The notes beneath the pieces are model-generated. The model did not search any database. It was not told where the DNA came from and worked only from the letters and a program-made list of their open reading frames with translations. A stretch of DNA of 64,000 bases from Macrostomum hystrix (Eukaryota > Animalia > Platyhelminthes). A program made the translations under genes and the position numbers. The stretch's first letter is position 1, and every line of letters begins with the position of its first letter. The stretch lies in the NCBI GenBank assembly GCA_950097015.1, contig CATNEN010000039.1:20522001-20586000 (forward strand), read 5' to 3'. Of the stretch, positions 1 through 13,189 are shown one piece after another.

Positions 1-806
1 TTTTCATACTTTTTTAACTACTAGGCCTACTAGATACCAATATGCTAGCTAGAGAAGAACTAAAAAATTGTTTGTGTTCAGTGTTGTTTTGATATTTGGT
101 ATGTAATTTACCATTTAATAAATTATATTGTGTATAATCATTCTTTCTTGTTTCTTAAATAAGTTTTAATTAGTTATAGTTTTAAATAATGTCTGACCTA
201 GCTAATTGCTCAATCAACCAATGTCTATCTTATCTTGAGAGCTCATTACTAGGTATACTAATGTTTTTTTAAATGAAAATATTTAGTGTTGCCCTTTGTT
301 GTCTTTTAAAATAAAGGACAAATTCTGATTGTTTTAACACAAAAAATTTTGGCCATAACCATTTTGGTCTGAAGACGAATGTCAATGTTCTGATTCTTTA
401 AATATCAAATTTAAGCATTGTTTGCTAGCTTTTGTTATTTATTACTAAATAATTGTTAAGAAAGTCAACATGGATATATGTTTGTAAATTATTGTATAAT
501 TCAGTAGTGTGACAGTGTCACTTTTGTCAGTTGTAAAGTAGTTTCCCTAATAATTAATGCATTCTGTGTATAAATATAATCATATATCAAAGCAAAATAT
601 AGTCATAGAAAAAAGTAATTATAATTTTTTTAAATGAAACTAATGTTTTTTATACTGTGTATTGAAATTTTACATAAATGTTAAAATAAACTCTGGTTTA
701 TCTATTCCAGAATATATTTTTTCAACTAAAAACTCCTAGTTGCAAAAACAACAGCTATATTTATTGTTGCTCATCAATTTAATGTTTTGTCATTCCTGCT
801 AGCTCC

Positions 807-2711
807 ATGCCTGGTCCTAGTTCAGCATTGAAGCAACGCAGTAAGATCTATTGTGGCGCTCTTGGCACTCCAGCAACTAGCAGCAATGGGCCAGGCACTG
901 CCATTCAGATGCCCCGGCCAGCCAACCTGGTTCGATCGATGAAAGAAAATAGGGTGACGCCATTCGTTGCTTTTTCAAAAGAGAAGCCCACTCTTTCTCA
1001 GCAGCAGCAACAGCAACGAATAGCAAGCCTCACTGCTCGCATTAAAGACTTAGAGCTAGAGAACAGTAACCTGCGCAAATGTCTCGACACAGCTAATAAT
1101 TGTCGAGCTCTATTGGCTGAAGTGCACGATCAAGCAGTCCTATCAATGCAGTATTTGTCAAAGTTTGCACACCTTAGCAAATCAGCTCTTGATGAGCTAG
1201 TCATTAATGTGCCTCCTCTGCTAACAATAGCACCTGTTCCAGCTGTTGCACTGGTTGATTCAGCTGTACAAGTAGAAACGCATGTTGCTGCTGTAGTTGC
1301 TACTGTGGAAAGTAGCATCGCTGAGGCGCAACCCAATCAAGCAGCAACGAAGCTATCTCGTCGAACCATAACCCTCGATCGTGCTCAATCTGAGCCAGAT
1401 GAATTAAGCGTAGTTCAGCATCAGCTAGCGCGACATCTCACAACGCTTATCGAATCCCCAGATGCTTCTGCGCAGTCTCAGTCGGAGCCGGAGTTGATGG
1501 AAGTCCAGGAAGGGCAGGACGATAATCAGGCTAAACAGTGCCACCGAACTCAAAATATTGAACCAATTATGGAAGTGCAGCAAAGTCCAAAGTCTGACAC
1601 GAGTCTTAAGCCTGTAACTCAGCCACAAAGTGGACTGTCTGAAAACCCTGAGCCAGTTGATTCTGTCAAACTGGAAGTGATTGTGGTGGAGCAAAAGCAG
1701 GAGAAAGCTAAGCCAAAGTCTAGACAAATTGCCAACCTCAAGAGACCTATTCGAGTAAATCGTAGAAGCAATGCTCGTTCTAGTCAGGAGCGGATTGTAG
1801 ATCCAGTTGAGGAGCAGCAGGGGGCGCCGCTGCAGAATCCGTTCATTCCTAGGCACCGTCTAGCTCGAACACCGCCCAAACCTGGTGCAGCTTATCAGAA
1901 TCTAAGCATGAATTCTAGCAACAATGTCCCTTTAGAGGACAATCAACAAACACTATCTTCGCCATTATCTAGGCAGACTCTGTCTCCGACTGAAACGATG
2001 TCGCCTTCTACGCCGCTATTGACTAAAGAATTGACACCTAGTGTTCAAAGACGTAATTGCGTAGGCGGCGCTGACAAAAATCTTCAACGTCGTGGCACTT
2101 TCGTTGTTAAACAACAGCAAAAATCGATGTCATTATCCTCCACAACAAAAACTTTGTCAAAGCCGACGCCCCCCGCATCGCCCTCTGTCAATCTCTGTCA
2201 CGCTTCGATTGTCTTAATCGAATTGCAGCAAGAACAATCTGATGTTGCTGAATTGCCCAGTTGGCCATCAGCTGATCAAGCTGAATTATCTGCAGTTGAC
2301 GATGCTGGTGAATTCATTGCAACTATGGTCCAGCCAGAGGTGCGCCAGGCTCCTCGACCATCAATGCTTCCTAAGCGGCTATCGCCGGTGTCGGCTACAA
2401 AACCTATCGGAGCAGTTGCTAGGCGTTCTTCTTTAGCTTTAACTAGCGCGTCTAATCAGACATCGGTGCTATTAAGTCATGCCAATATCAGCGATTCTGC
2501 TAACACCACCGACGAGCCTAATGGTCCGGCGCCTACAAAACGGCATAGACGCACAAAGAAACAGTTGGTCAAGCAATGCTCCGGCGAAGGCAACGTCGCC
2601 GACGAAGCAATCGAAGAGCCGGCAATTGTGCGACCGCGTAGACAGAGGAATGCGGCAGTCAGTTATAAAGAGCCAAGCATTCATGCCAAAATGCGTCGAG
2701 AGGATAAATAA
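807..2711 (+). CDS. SGO1: Shugoshin-family centromeric cohesion protector (single exon, 634 aa)
   Basis: N-terminal coiled coil (RIASLTARIKDLELENSNLR), long disordered S/P/Q-rich middle, and the C-terminal basic SGO motif RPRRQRNAAVSYKEPSIHAKMRR. A 3' splice acceptor (cattcctgctAG, 801-802) lies 4 nt before the ATG. Confidence 0.85.
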   Translation: MPGPSSALKQRSKIYCGALGTPATSSNGPGTAIQMPRPANLVRSMKENRVTPFVAFSKEKPTLSQQQQQQRIASLTARIKDLELENSNLRKCLDTANNCRALLAEVHDQAVLSMQYLSKFAHLSKSALDELVINVPPLLTIAPVPAVALVDSAVQVETHVAAVVATVESSIAEAQPNQAATKLSRRTITLDRAQSEPDELSVVQHQLARHLTTLIESPDASAQSQSEPELMEVQEGQDDNQAKQCHRTQNIEPIMEVQQSPKSDTSLKPVTQPQSGLSENPEPVDSVKLEVIVVEQKQEKAKPKSRQIANLKRPIRVNRRSNARSSQERIVDPVEEQQGAPLQNPFIPRHRLARTPPKPGAAYQNLSMNSSNNVPLEDNQQTLSSPLSRQTLSPTETMSPSTPLLTKELTPSVQRRNCVGGADKNLQRRGTFVVKQQQKSMSLSSTTKTLSKPTPPASPSVNLCHASIVLIELQQEQSDVAELPSWPSADQAELSAVDDAGEFIATMVQPEVRQAPRPSMLPKRLSPVSATKPIGAVARRSSLALTSASNQTSVLLSHANISDSANTTDEPNGPAPTKRHRRTKKQLVKQCSGEGNVADEAIEEPAIVRPRRQRNAAVSYKEPSIHAKMRREDK

Positions 2712-3338
2712 CAATAACGAATGATCAGTAACAACTAATAACAACATTTTAAAGTATGTCGAAATTAAATAATTAACAGAAATTTATCTGCAACAAATGC
2801 ATAAACGCGATACTATACATACTCTTATAATGTAATTATTTGCAGTTTTTAGCAAATATCGAGCAAAATCAGCATTCTTTTTTTGTACTATTTCGTGCAA
2901 TCACCTTTTAATACTTTCATTTAAATCTTTCGCTTTTGTGCATTGTCATGTTTTCTACATAATTCACCGTCACCCACACATTATTGCTTATTATCAATTA
3001 TTTAAATCAGTTGGTGCTAAGGTCGCTGGTATGCAAGCATTTTATTCTTTAGCTTATACTCCTGTCATTTAAAAAGTTTACCGGCATTATTTTCTTATAT
3101 TAACTCTGTTAATTTGTTTAATATGTGCTAAAAGTCGTTAACATATTTTTCTACTATTACGCAGCTTAATTAAAGTACTAAAATGTGAGCGTGTGTTAAA
3201 AGTATTTGGCCTTCGATTTTTTTCTGCAGAAAAACCTATGACAATAGCGAGAACATTTATCGAAATATTACTAAATCGACTTATTAGATCAGAACTAACT
3301 TTGAAATGGTCATCATTATTACTCTCCTCCATTCATTA

Positions 3339-4642
3339 AGTGCCTACCAGCCCTGATATGCTCCGTTCATTCAGTGTCTACCAGCCCTGATATGCTCCGT
3401 TCATTCAGTGTCTACCAGCCCTGATATGCTCCGTTCATTCAGTGCCTACCAGCCCTGATATGCTCCGTTCATTCAGTGTCTACCAGCCCTGGTATCCTCC
3501 GTTCATTCAGTGTCTACCAGCCCTGATATGCTCCGTTCATTCAGTGCCTACCAGCCCTGATATGCTCCGTTCATTCAGTGCCTACCAGTCCTGATATGCT
3601 CCGTTCATTCAGTGTCTACCAGCCCTGATATGCTCCGTTCATTCAGTGCCTACCAGCCCTGATATGCTCCGTTCATTCAGTGCCTACCAGCCCTGATATG
3701 CTCCGTTCATTCAGTGCCTACCAGTCCTGATATGCTCCGTTCATTCAGTGCCTACCAGCCCTGATATGCTCCGTTCATTCAGTGTCTACCAGTCCTGATA
3801 TGCTCCGTTCATTCAGTGTCTACCAGTCCTGATATGCTCCGTTCATTCAGTGCCTACCAGCCCTGATATACTCCGTTCATTCAGTGCCTACCAGTCCTGA
3901 TATGCTCCGTTCATTCAGTGTCTACCAGTCCTGATATGCTCCGTTCATTCAGTGTCTACCAGTCCTGATATGCTCCGTTCATTCAGTGCCTACCAGTCCT
4001 GATATGCTCCGTTCATTCAGTGCCTACCAGCCCTGATATGCTCCGTTCATTCAGTGTCTACCAGTCCTGATATGCTCCGTTCATTCAGTGTCTACCAGTC
4101 CTGATATGCTCCGTTCATTCAGTGTCTACCAGTCCTGATATGCTCCGTTCATTCAGTGCCTACCAGTCCTGATATGCTCCGTTCATTCAGTGCCTACCAG
4201 TCCTGATATGCTCCGTTCATTCAGTGCCTACCAGCCCTGATATGCTCCGTTCATTTAGTGTCTACCAGTCCTGATATGCTCCGTTCATTCAGTGCCTACC
4301 AGCCCTGATATGCTCCGTTCATTCAGTGCCTACCAGCCCTGATATGCTCCGTTCATTCAGTGCCTACCAGCCCTGGTATCCTCCGTTCATTCAGTGCCTA
4401 CCAGCCCTGGTATCCTCCGTTCATTCAGTGCCTACCAGCCCTGGTATCCTCCGTTCATTCAGTGTCTACCAGTCCTGATATGCTCCGTTCATTCAGTGCC
4501 TACTAGCTCTGGTATCCTCCGTTCATTCAGTGCCTACCAGCTCTGGTATCCTCCGTTCATTCAGTGCCTACTAGCTCTAGTATCCTCCGTTTATTCAGTG
4601 CCTACCAGCTCTGGTATCCTCCGTTTATTCAGTGCCTACCAG
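3339..4642. repeat. Tandem minisatellite, 34-bp unit AGTGCCTACCAGCCCTGATATGCTCCGTTCATTC (~38 copies)
   Basis: Directly visible 34-bp period; intergenic between SGO and MKK4. Confidence 0.97.
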
Positions 4643-4765
4643 ATTTTCATTATAGAACAGTAGAATTTATTCGCCATCCAAACGCGCTCGAATAATTTTT
4701 GAATAAGCTGGCTTCATAATTAGCAAAAAATCGAATTCCAGCTAATCAGACAGCTCAGTTAGCAA

Positions 4766-7700
4766 ATGGGAGACAAAAGTAAACTCCAGAAGCCCCGTTT
4801 CGAGCTACCAATCGCTGCTACAACTGCCGCCGCTGCTGCTGCCGCTGCTGCCGCCGCCGCTGCCGCTGCCGAAGGTGGTTGTCGCTCCGTTACTATGACA
4901 ACCGGCCTGCAGCCGCAGCTACACTGCATGTCATCAATGCCAGCCGTTGGCAAGCTGAAGCTACCGTCGCCCTCGTCAACGGAGGCCTTGGACTCTTCAT
5001 CGTCAGCCGAGGCGTCCAATTGTTCAGCTGCGGAGTCTGTCGAACGCGACTTTAGCGTTGAAGATCTGGAAGATGTGCGCGAAATCGGCAGGGGTGCATT
5101 CGGCACAGTGAATAGCATGCGCTACAAACCCACTGGCACTATGCTGGCTGTTAAACGTATTCGGTCAACAGTTGACGAACGCACCCAGAAGAACATGCTA
5201 GCCGAGCTGCGTATTGTTATCAATAGCGACTGCGATTATATTGCCAAATCCTATGGCGCTCTGTTTAAGGAGGGCGACTGTTGGATCTGCATGGAACTGA
5301 TGGACACTAGCCTAGATAAGCTCTATTGGATTGTCTATCACCACCTAAATAGACACATACCAGAGCCTGTCATAGCCTACATTGCCTATTGCACCGTGTC
5401 AGCGCTTAATTATCTGAAGGAGCGTCTGCAAATGATGCATAGGTAGGCAATTATTTTATTAGTCAAATGACCTTCCGTATGGTCATTTAGATATGGTCAT
5501 AACGACAACATACATAGTTCAGTAATATTAGTAACACTGAAAGTTCATTCTGATTAGAGCAATTGTCAAACAAGCCTTAAATCAGTCTCATGACCAACTC
5601 ACACTGAATGATCATTTCTGTTAATGACCAACTCACACTGAATGATCATTTCTGTTAATGACCAACTCACACTGAATGATCATTTCTGTTAATGACCAAC
5701 TCACACTGAATGATCATTTCAGTTAATGACCAACTCACACTGAATGATCATTTCTGTTAATGACCAACTCACACTGAATGATCATTTCTGTTAATGACCA
5801 ACTCACACTAAATGATCATTTCTGTTAATGACCAACTCACACTGAATGATCATTTCTGTTAATGACCAACTCACACTGAATGATCATTTCTGTTAATGAC
5901 CAACTCACACTGAATGATCATTTCTGTTAATGACCAACTCACACTGAATGATCATTTCTGTTAATGACCAACTCACACTGAATGATCATTTCAGTTAATG
6001 ACCAACTCACACTGAATGATCATTTCTGTTAATGACCAACTCACATTGCATGATTATTTTAGTTAATGACCAACTCACACTGAATGATCATTTCAGTTAA
6101 TGACCAACTCACACTGAATGATCATTTCAGTTAATGACCAACTCACACTGAATGATCATTTCTGTTAATGACCAACTCACATTGCATGATTATTTTAGTT
6201 AATGACCAACTCACACTGAATGATCATTTCTGTTAATGACCAACTCACATTGCATGATTATTTTAGTTAATGACCAACTCACACTGAATGATCATTTCTG
6301 TTAATGACCAACTCACACTGAATGATCATTTCTGTTAATGACCAACTCACACTGAATGATCATTTCTGTTAATGACCAACTCACACTGAATGATCATTTC
6401 TGTTAATGACCAACTCACACTGAATGATCATTTCTGTTAATGACCAACTCACACTGAATGATCATTTCTGTTAATGACCAACTCACACTGAATGATCATT
6501 TCTGTTAATGACCAACTCACATTGCATGATTATTTTAGTTAATGACCAACTCACACTGCATGATCATTTCTGTTAATGACCAACTCACACTGAATGATCA
6601 TTTCTGTTAATGACCAACTCACACTGCATGATCATTTCTGTTAATGACCAACTCACACTGCATGATTATTTTAGTTAATGACCAACTCACACTGAATGAT
6701 CATTTCTGTTAATGACCAACTCACACTGAATGATCATTTCTGTTAATGACCAACTCACACTGCATGATTATTTTAGTTAATGACCAACTCACACTGAATG
6801 ATCATTTCTGTTAATGACCAACTCACACTGCATGATTATTTTAGTTAATGACCAACTCACACTGAATGATTATTTTAGTTAATGACCAACTCACACTGCA
6901 TGATTATTTTAGTTAATGACCAACTCACACTGAATGATCATTTCTGTTAATGACCAACTCACACTGAATGATCATTTCTGTTAATGACCAACTCACACTG
7001 AATGATCATTTCAGTTAATGACCAAGTCATACTAAATGATTATTTTAGTTAATGACCAACTCACACTGAATGATTATTTTAGTTAATGACCAACTCACAC
7101 TGCATGATTATTTTAGTTAATGACCAACTCACACTGAATGATCATTTCTGTTAATGACCAACTCACACTGCATGATTATTTTAGTTAATGACCAACTCAC
7201 ACTGCATGATTATTTTAGTTAATGACCAACTCACACTGAATGATCATTTCTGTTAATGACCAACTCACACTGCATGATTATTTTAGTTAATGACCAACTC
7301 ACACTAAATGATCATTTCTGTTAATGACCAACTCACACTGAATGATCATTTCTGTTAATGACCAACTCACACTGAATGATCATTTCTGTTAATGACCAAC
7401 TCACACTGAATGATCATTTCTGTTAATGACCAACTCACACTGAATGATCATTTCAGTTAATGACCAACTCACACTGAATGATCATTTCTGTTAATGACCA
7501 ACTCACACTGAATGATCATTTCTGTTAATGACCAACTCACACTGAATGATCATTTCTGTTAATGACCAACTCACACTGAATGATCATTTCTGTTAATGAC
7601 CAACTCACACTGAATGATCATTTCTGTTAATGACCAACTCACACTGAATGATCATTTCTGTTAATGACCAACTCACACTGAATGATCATTTCTGTTAATG

Positions 7701-9885
7701 ACCAACTCACACTGAATGATCATTTCTGTTAATGACCAACTCACACTGAATGATCATTTCAGTTAATGACCAAGTCATACTAAATGATTATTTTAGTTAA
7801 TGACCAACTCACATTGCATGATTATTTTAGTTAATGACCAACTCACACTGAATGAACATTTTAGTTAATGACCAACTCACACTGAATGATTATTTTAGTT
7901 AATGACCAACTCACACTGAATGATCATTTCAGTTAATGACCAACTCACATTGCATGATCATTTTAGTTAATGACCAACTCACACTGAATGATCATTTCAG
8001 TTAATGACCAAGTCATACTAAATGATTATTTTAGTTAATGACCAACTCACATTGCATGATTATTTTAGTTAATGACCAACTCACACTGAATGAACATTTT
8101 AGTTAATGACCAACTCACACTGAATGATTATTTTAGTTAATGACCAACTCACACTGAATGATCATTTCAGTTAATGACCAACTCACATTGCATGATCATT
8201 TTAGTTAATGACCAACTCACATTGCATGATCATTTTAGTTAATGACCAACTAACACTGCATACTGGTTAACATAAGAATTCTGTAATTTTCAACGGCCCT
8301 GTATTCCCGCAGAGACGTGAAGCCCAGCAACATCCTTGCCGACCGCACTGGTCGGGTGAAACTGTGCGACTTCGGCATCGCCGGCAATCTAGTCGACAGC
8401 ATCGCCAAGACTCGCGACGCCGGCTGCCGGCCTTACATGGCGCCCGAACGCATCGATCATCAGCGAATGCAGGACGGGTACGATGTGCGCAGCGATGTCT
8501 GGTCGTTGGGCATATCACTTTACGAATTGTGTACTGGACGATTCCCTTATAATCCTTGGAGTACCATGTTTGAGCAGCTGGAACAGGTTTGATGCCCTTG
8601 TTATTTTTTTCGTGGCATTTTTGTGATTTTAGTGAGGTTGGGATCGTCTTTAGGGATTATTGTTAGAATGGGATTGTTTAAGTGAGACCTAAGTGAGATT
8701 CGGATTGTTTTTGGGATTTTAGTGAGATTCGGATTGTTTTTGGGATTTTAGTGAGAATGGGATTGTTATATGGTTTTTAGTGAGATTGGGATTGTTTTAT
8801 GGTTTTTAGTGAGATTGGGATTGTTTTATGGTTTTTAGTGAGATTGGGTTTGTTTTTGGGATTTTAGTGAGATTGGGATTGTTTTTTGGTTTTTAGTGAG
8901 ATTGGGATTGTTTTTGGGATTTTAGTGAGATTGGGATTGTTTTTGGGATTTTAGTGAGATTGGGATAGTTTTTAGGATTTTAGTGAGATTGGGATTGTTT
9001 TTAGGATTTTAGTGAGATTGGGATTGTTTTTGGGATTTTAGTGAGATTGGGATTGTTTTATGGTTTTTAGTGAGATTGGGATTGTTTTATGGTTTTTAGT
9101 GAGATTGGGATTGTTTTTGGGATTTTAGTGAGATTGGGATTGTTATATGGTTTTTAGTGAGATTGGGATTGTTTTATGGGATTTTAGTGAGATTGGGATA
9201 GTTTTTAGGCATTTTAGTGAGAATAAGATCATCTTTAAGGATTTTTTGAGAATTGGATTGTTTTTAGAGACTTTTGTAAGAATAAGATAGTTTTTATTTT
9301 TGTGAGAATAATATTTTTTGCGATTTTGGCTACAAGGGGACTGTTTATGGATTTTTGAGAATTTATAGTTCCATTGGAATTGTTTTTAAGGATTTAGTGA
9401 GAACAGGATTGTTAGTAAGAATTGTATTGCTTTGAGGCATTAAGTAAAAAAGCATGGGATTGCTTTTGAGGAACAAGATTCTTCCCATTAGAGATTTTAT
9501 TTAGGATTCGATGATTTGTCGATTGCTTTAAAGATTTACAAAGAATTCGAATATTATTTAAAAAGTGTTTTTTTTAACTTGACAAGCGTATTATGCATGC
9601 ATTTAATAGTTAATAGTTAAAAATTTCTCTCCAAACGCTCAGGTTGTAAAAAGTGAACCGCCGCGTTTAACAGACGATAGATTTAGTTCTGACGCGCACA
9701 ATTTTGTGAATCTCTGCCTAACAAAGGATGTACACAAGCGGCCCAAGTATAGGGCCCTGCTGCAGCACAGCTTCCTTGCTTCCGGGCCAGACAGGGCCGT
9801 CACAGCTGAGTTCTTTAACTCTGTGCTCACTGATTGCGGCGATTCTAGCGGCATCAACGATCTGGTTGCTGCACTGCGCATCTGA
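4766..9885 (+). CDS. MAP2K4: Dual-specificity MAP kinase kinase 4 (MKK4/SEK1), 3 exons, ~397 aa
   Basis: Exons 4766-5442, 8313-8586, 9643-9885, all GT-AG and in phase. GRGAFGTV, AVKRIR, HRDVKPSN (rebuilt across intron 1), DFG, activation loop LVDSIAKTRDAGCRPYMAPERID typical of MKK4. Confidence 0.95.
5590..8260. repeat. Tandem minisatellite, 34-bp unit AATGACCAACTCACACTGAATGATCATTTCTGTT (~78 copies) in MKK4 intron 1
   Basis: Visible period 34 with variant units (TGCATGATTATTTTAG); makes up over 90% of the intron. Confidence 0.97.
8690..9225. repeat. Tandem minisatellite, ~29-bp unit TTTTAGTGAGATTGGGATTGTTTTTGGGA in MKK4 intron 2
   Basis: Visible period 29-30; degenerate copies extend on both sides to about 8630 and 9500. 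Confidence 0.93.
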
Positions 9886-10169
9886 CATGCCTGATGGTGT
9901 CTCGTTCGGCGACCTATTAGTGTTTCTGTTTAGATTCTTTTTAGATTTCGTGCAAAAAATTTGACGTGAAAATGCAATTACGAGCTAAAAATATAGTTAA
10001 TTTCTTTACTACAAATTTCTTTGCTCTTTAGAGGTAGAATGTTTTCAATATGGCTTCATTGTTACTCCCGTGAGATTCTTGAGGTTTCTAGGATTTCCCA
10101 TCGTGTGTAACTGGAATTCTTCAAATCAGGTTTATGGCTCTTACTTGTCGTCTTGTCTTAAGATTTCGT

Positions 10170-11365
10170 AACTGTTTTTTCTGGGATTTCCTAATTAAGT
10201 TTTATAGAAGTTCTTCATCGGAATTCCCAGAATTCCCTCATTGGATTTCCCCTTAATTCCTTTTTTGGGGTTTACCCTGGACTCATTTTTTCGTGTTTCT
10301 GGGATTTCCCTAGTTTCCCCGTATCAAGGATTTTTCCAGGAATTTAGTTTCCCTGAGATTCCCTTGTTAGGATTCCTTTTTGGGTTCTCCCAGATCTCCC
10401 TATTCGGGATTCCCCGGGATTCTCTTTTGAAGTTTTTATAGAATTTCTTCATCGGAATTCCCAGAATTCCCTCACTGGATTTCCCCTTAATTCCTTTTTT
10501 GGGGTTTACCCTGGACTCATTTTTTCGTGTTTCTGGGATTTCCCTAGGTTTCCCCGTATCAAGGATTTTTCCAGGAATTTAGTTTCCCTGAGATTCCCTT
10601 GTTAGGATTCCTTTACGGGTTCTCCCAGATCTCCCTATTCGGGATTCCCCGGGATTCTCTTTTGAAGTTTTTATAGAATTTCTTCATCGGAATTCCCAGA
10701 ATTCCCTCACTGGATTTCCCCTTAATTCCTTTTTGGGGTTTACCCTGGACTCATTTTTTCGTGTTTCTGGGATTTCCCTAGGTTTCCCCGTATCAAGGAT
10801 TTTTCCAGGAATTTAGTTTCCCTGAGATTCCCTTGTTAGGATTCCTTTTTGGGTTTTCCCAGGTCTCCCCTATTCGGGATTCCCCGGGATTCTCTTTTGA
10901 AGTTTTTATAGAATTTCTTCATCGGAATTCCCAGAATTCCCTCACTGGATTTCCCCTTAATTCCTTTTTGGGGTTTACCCTGGACTCATTTTTTCGTGTT
11001 TCTGGGATTTCCCTAGGTTTCCCCGTATCAAGGATTTTTCCAGGAATTTAGTTTCCCTGAGATTCCCTTGTTAGGATTCCTTTTTGGGTTTTCCCAGGTC
11101 TCCCCTATTCGGGATTCCCCGGGATTCTCTTTTGAAGTTTTTATAGAATTTCTTCGTCGGAATTCCTAGGATTCCCTCATTGGATTTCCCCGTAATTCCT
11201 TTTTGGGGTTTCCCTGGACTAATTTTTTCGTGTTTCTGGGATTTCCCTAGGTTTCCCCGTATCAAGGATTTTTCCATGCATTTAGTTTCCCTGAGATTCC
11301 CCTGTTAGGATTCCTTTTTGGGTTTTCCCAGGTCTCCCCTATTCGGGATTCCCCGGGATTCTCTT
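10170..11365. repeat. Tandem repeat, ~235-bp unit x5 (GGATTCCC/GGATTTCCC-rich)
   Basis: GAATTTCTTC anchor at 10441, 10676, 10911, 11146. Confidence 0.95.
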
Positions 11366-12027
11366 AGTCCCGGAAAACTCTCTTAGAGTTAAGTATTTCT
11401 TGTTATATTTTTTTCGAAGGATTTTTTATTGGTTTTTAGTACGTCTCTCAAATTTGTTGTCCTTACAATTCGCAAATGAGCATATAGTCTCTGGGATTCC
11501 CCAAATAGCTTGCTAGTTAGATGATTTTGCTTATCCACGATGTTCATATTAGCAACATACTATGTTCGTAGTGTGCATGGTACTTTGAGTAATTTACTCG
11601 TAATAACTTTGTACTTTCTTAAGCAATTTTTAGTACTATTGTTTAAGAGGCCATTAAAAACCGCTTGCTTAGTTTTAAAATATAAAGTAATTTTATGTTT
11701 CTAGTCGTGCAATGTGCAAACTATATAAATTGTTATTTAATAACTTTGCACTGCATAATACATAATCAAATTGAACTTTAATTAATATCAAAGGACTGTC
11801 GTTTTTATCAATTTTGTTGCTTGGCAATGCTAGTGCTTGTAACCCAGTAACCAGCTATGAATTTTGAATGCTTCGATTTTATGCGATCTAACCGCGTCTT
11901 TCCCGGTCCCTACAGCTTATGAGTTGATGCTTTTTTTAATCTCAATATTTGTACTTTTCAACCTTTTCTACTTTGAGTAGAGAAATTAGTGCATTTTCTT
12001 GTCCTTTCTACAACAATAATTAAAGTC

Positions 12028-12875
12028 TAGGCTACCAAACATACCAGAACCTAAGATGAGGCTAGCAAAACTACCAGATCCTCATATGAAGCTACCAAAC
12101 CTACCCGATCCTCTGATGAGGCTACCAAACGTACCAGATCCTCTGATGAGGCTACCAAACCTACCAGATCCTCAGATTAGACTAGCTAGCCTACCAGATC
12201 CTCATATGAAGCTACCAAACCTACCAGATCCTCATATGAAGCTACCAAACCTACCAGATCCTCAGATGAGGCTACCAAACCTACCAGATCCTCAGATTAG
12301 ACTAGCTAGCCTACCAGATCCTCATATGAAGCTACCAAACCTACCAGATCCTCATATGAAGCTACCAAACCTACCAGATCCTCAGATGAGGCTACCAGAT
12401 CCTCATATGAAGCTACCAAACCTACCCGATCCTCAGATTAGACTAGCTAGCCTACCAGATCCTCATATGAAGCTACCAAACCTACCAGATCCTCATATGA
12501 AGCTACCAAACCTACCAGATCCTCAGATGAGGCTACCAAACCTACCAGATCCTCAGATGAAGCTACCAAACCTACCAGATTCTCAGATGAGGCTACCAAA
12601 CCTACCCGATCCTCAGATTAGACTAGCTAGCCTACCAGATCCTCATATGAAGCTATCAAACCTACCAGATCCTCATATGAAGCTACCAAACCTACCAGAT
12701 CCTCAGATGAGGCTACCAAACCTACCAGATCCTCATATGAAGCTACCAAACCTACCAGATCCTCATAGGAAGCTACCAAACCTACCAGATCCTCAGATGA
12801 GGCTACCAAACCTACCCGATCCTCAGATTAGACTAGCTAGCCTACCAGATCCTCAGATTAGACTAGCTAACCTAG
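12028..12875. repeat. Tandem minisatellite, 30-bp unit CTACCAAACCTACCAGATCCTCATATGAAG (~28 copies)
   Basis: Visible period 30; the 280-aa ORF here is the translated repeat. Confidence 0.95.
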
Positions 12876-13189
12876 CAATATTTGTCATATTGTTTTAAAG
12901 CAACCGAGGGTCATTATAAATATTAGATACACCATTTTCATTCCTTGTTGTCTATATTGTTGTCTGATGACTTATTAAGTTTGTTGTATCACTGGCCCCT
13001 CTCTATTGATTGCTTATAAAATAGGCTCATTCGTGTCTGTTTTATTAAACAATATTTCTAATCAGCACGAGTTTATCTGTGTATATTCTTGAATTCGCGC
13101 AAGTACACTCTAAGAATAACTTGATTGTAGAGAATTGAGTAATATCTTGGCAACAACTTGTAGTTCTTGCAGTTTCTATCTATTGCTAT

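Noticed and set aside
3339-8260. 34-bp arrays as possible CRISPR arrays
   Set aside because: Units are contiguous with no unique spacers, there are no cas genes, and the context is eukaryotic intron/intergenic DNA.
12056-12898. 280-aa Pro/Leu-rich ORF (LPDPHMKLPN)n
   Set aside because: Coincides exactly with a 30-bp minisatellite and has no unique coding sequence; an open frame is expected when the unit length is divisible by 3.
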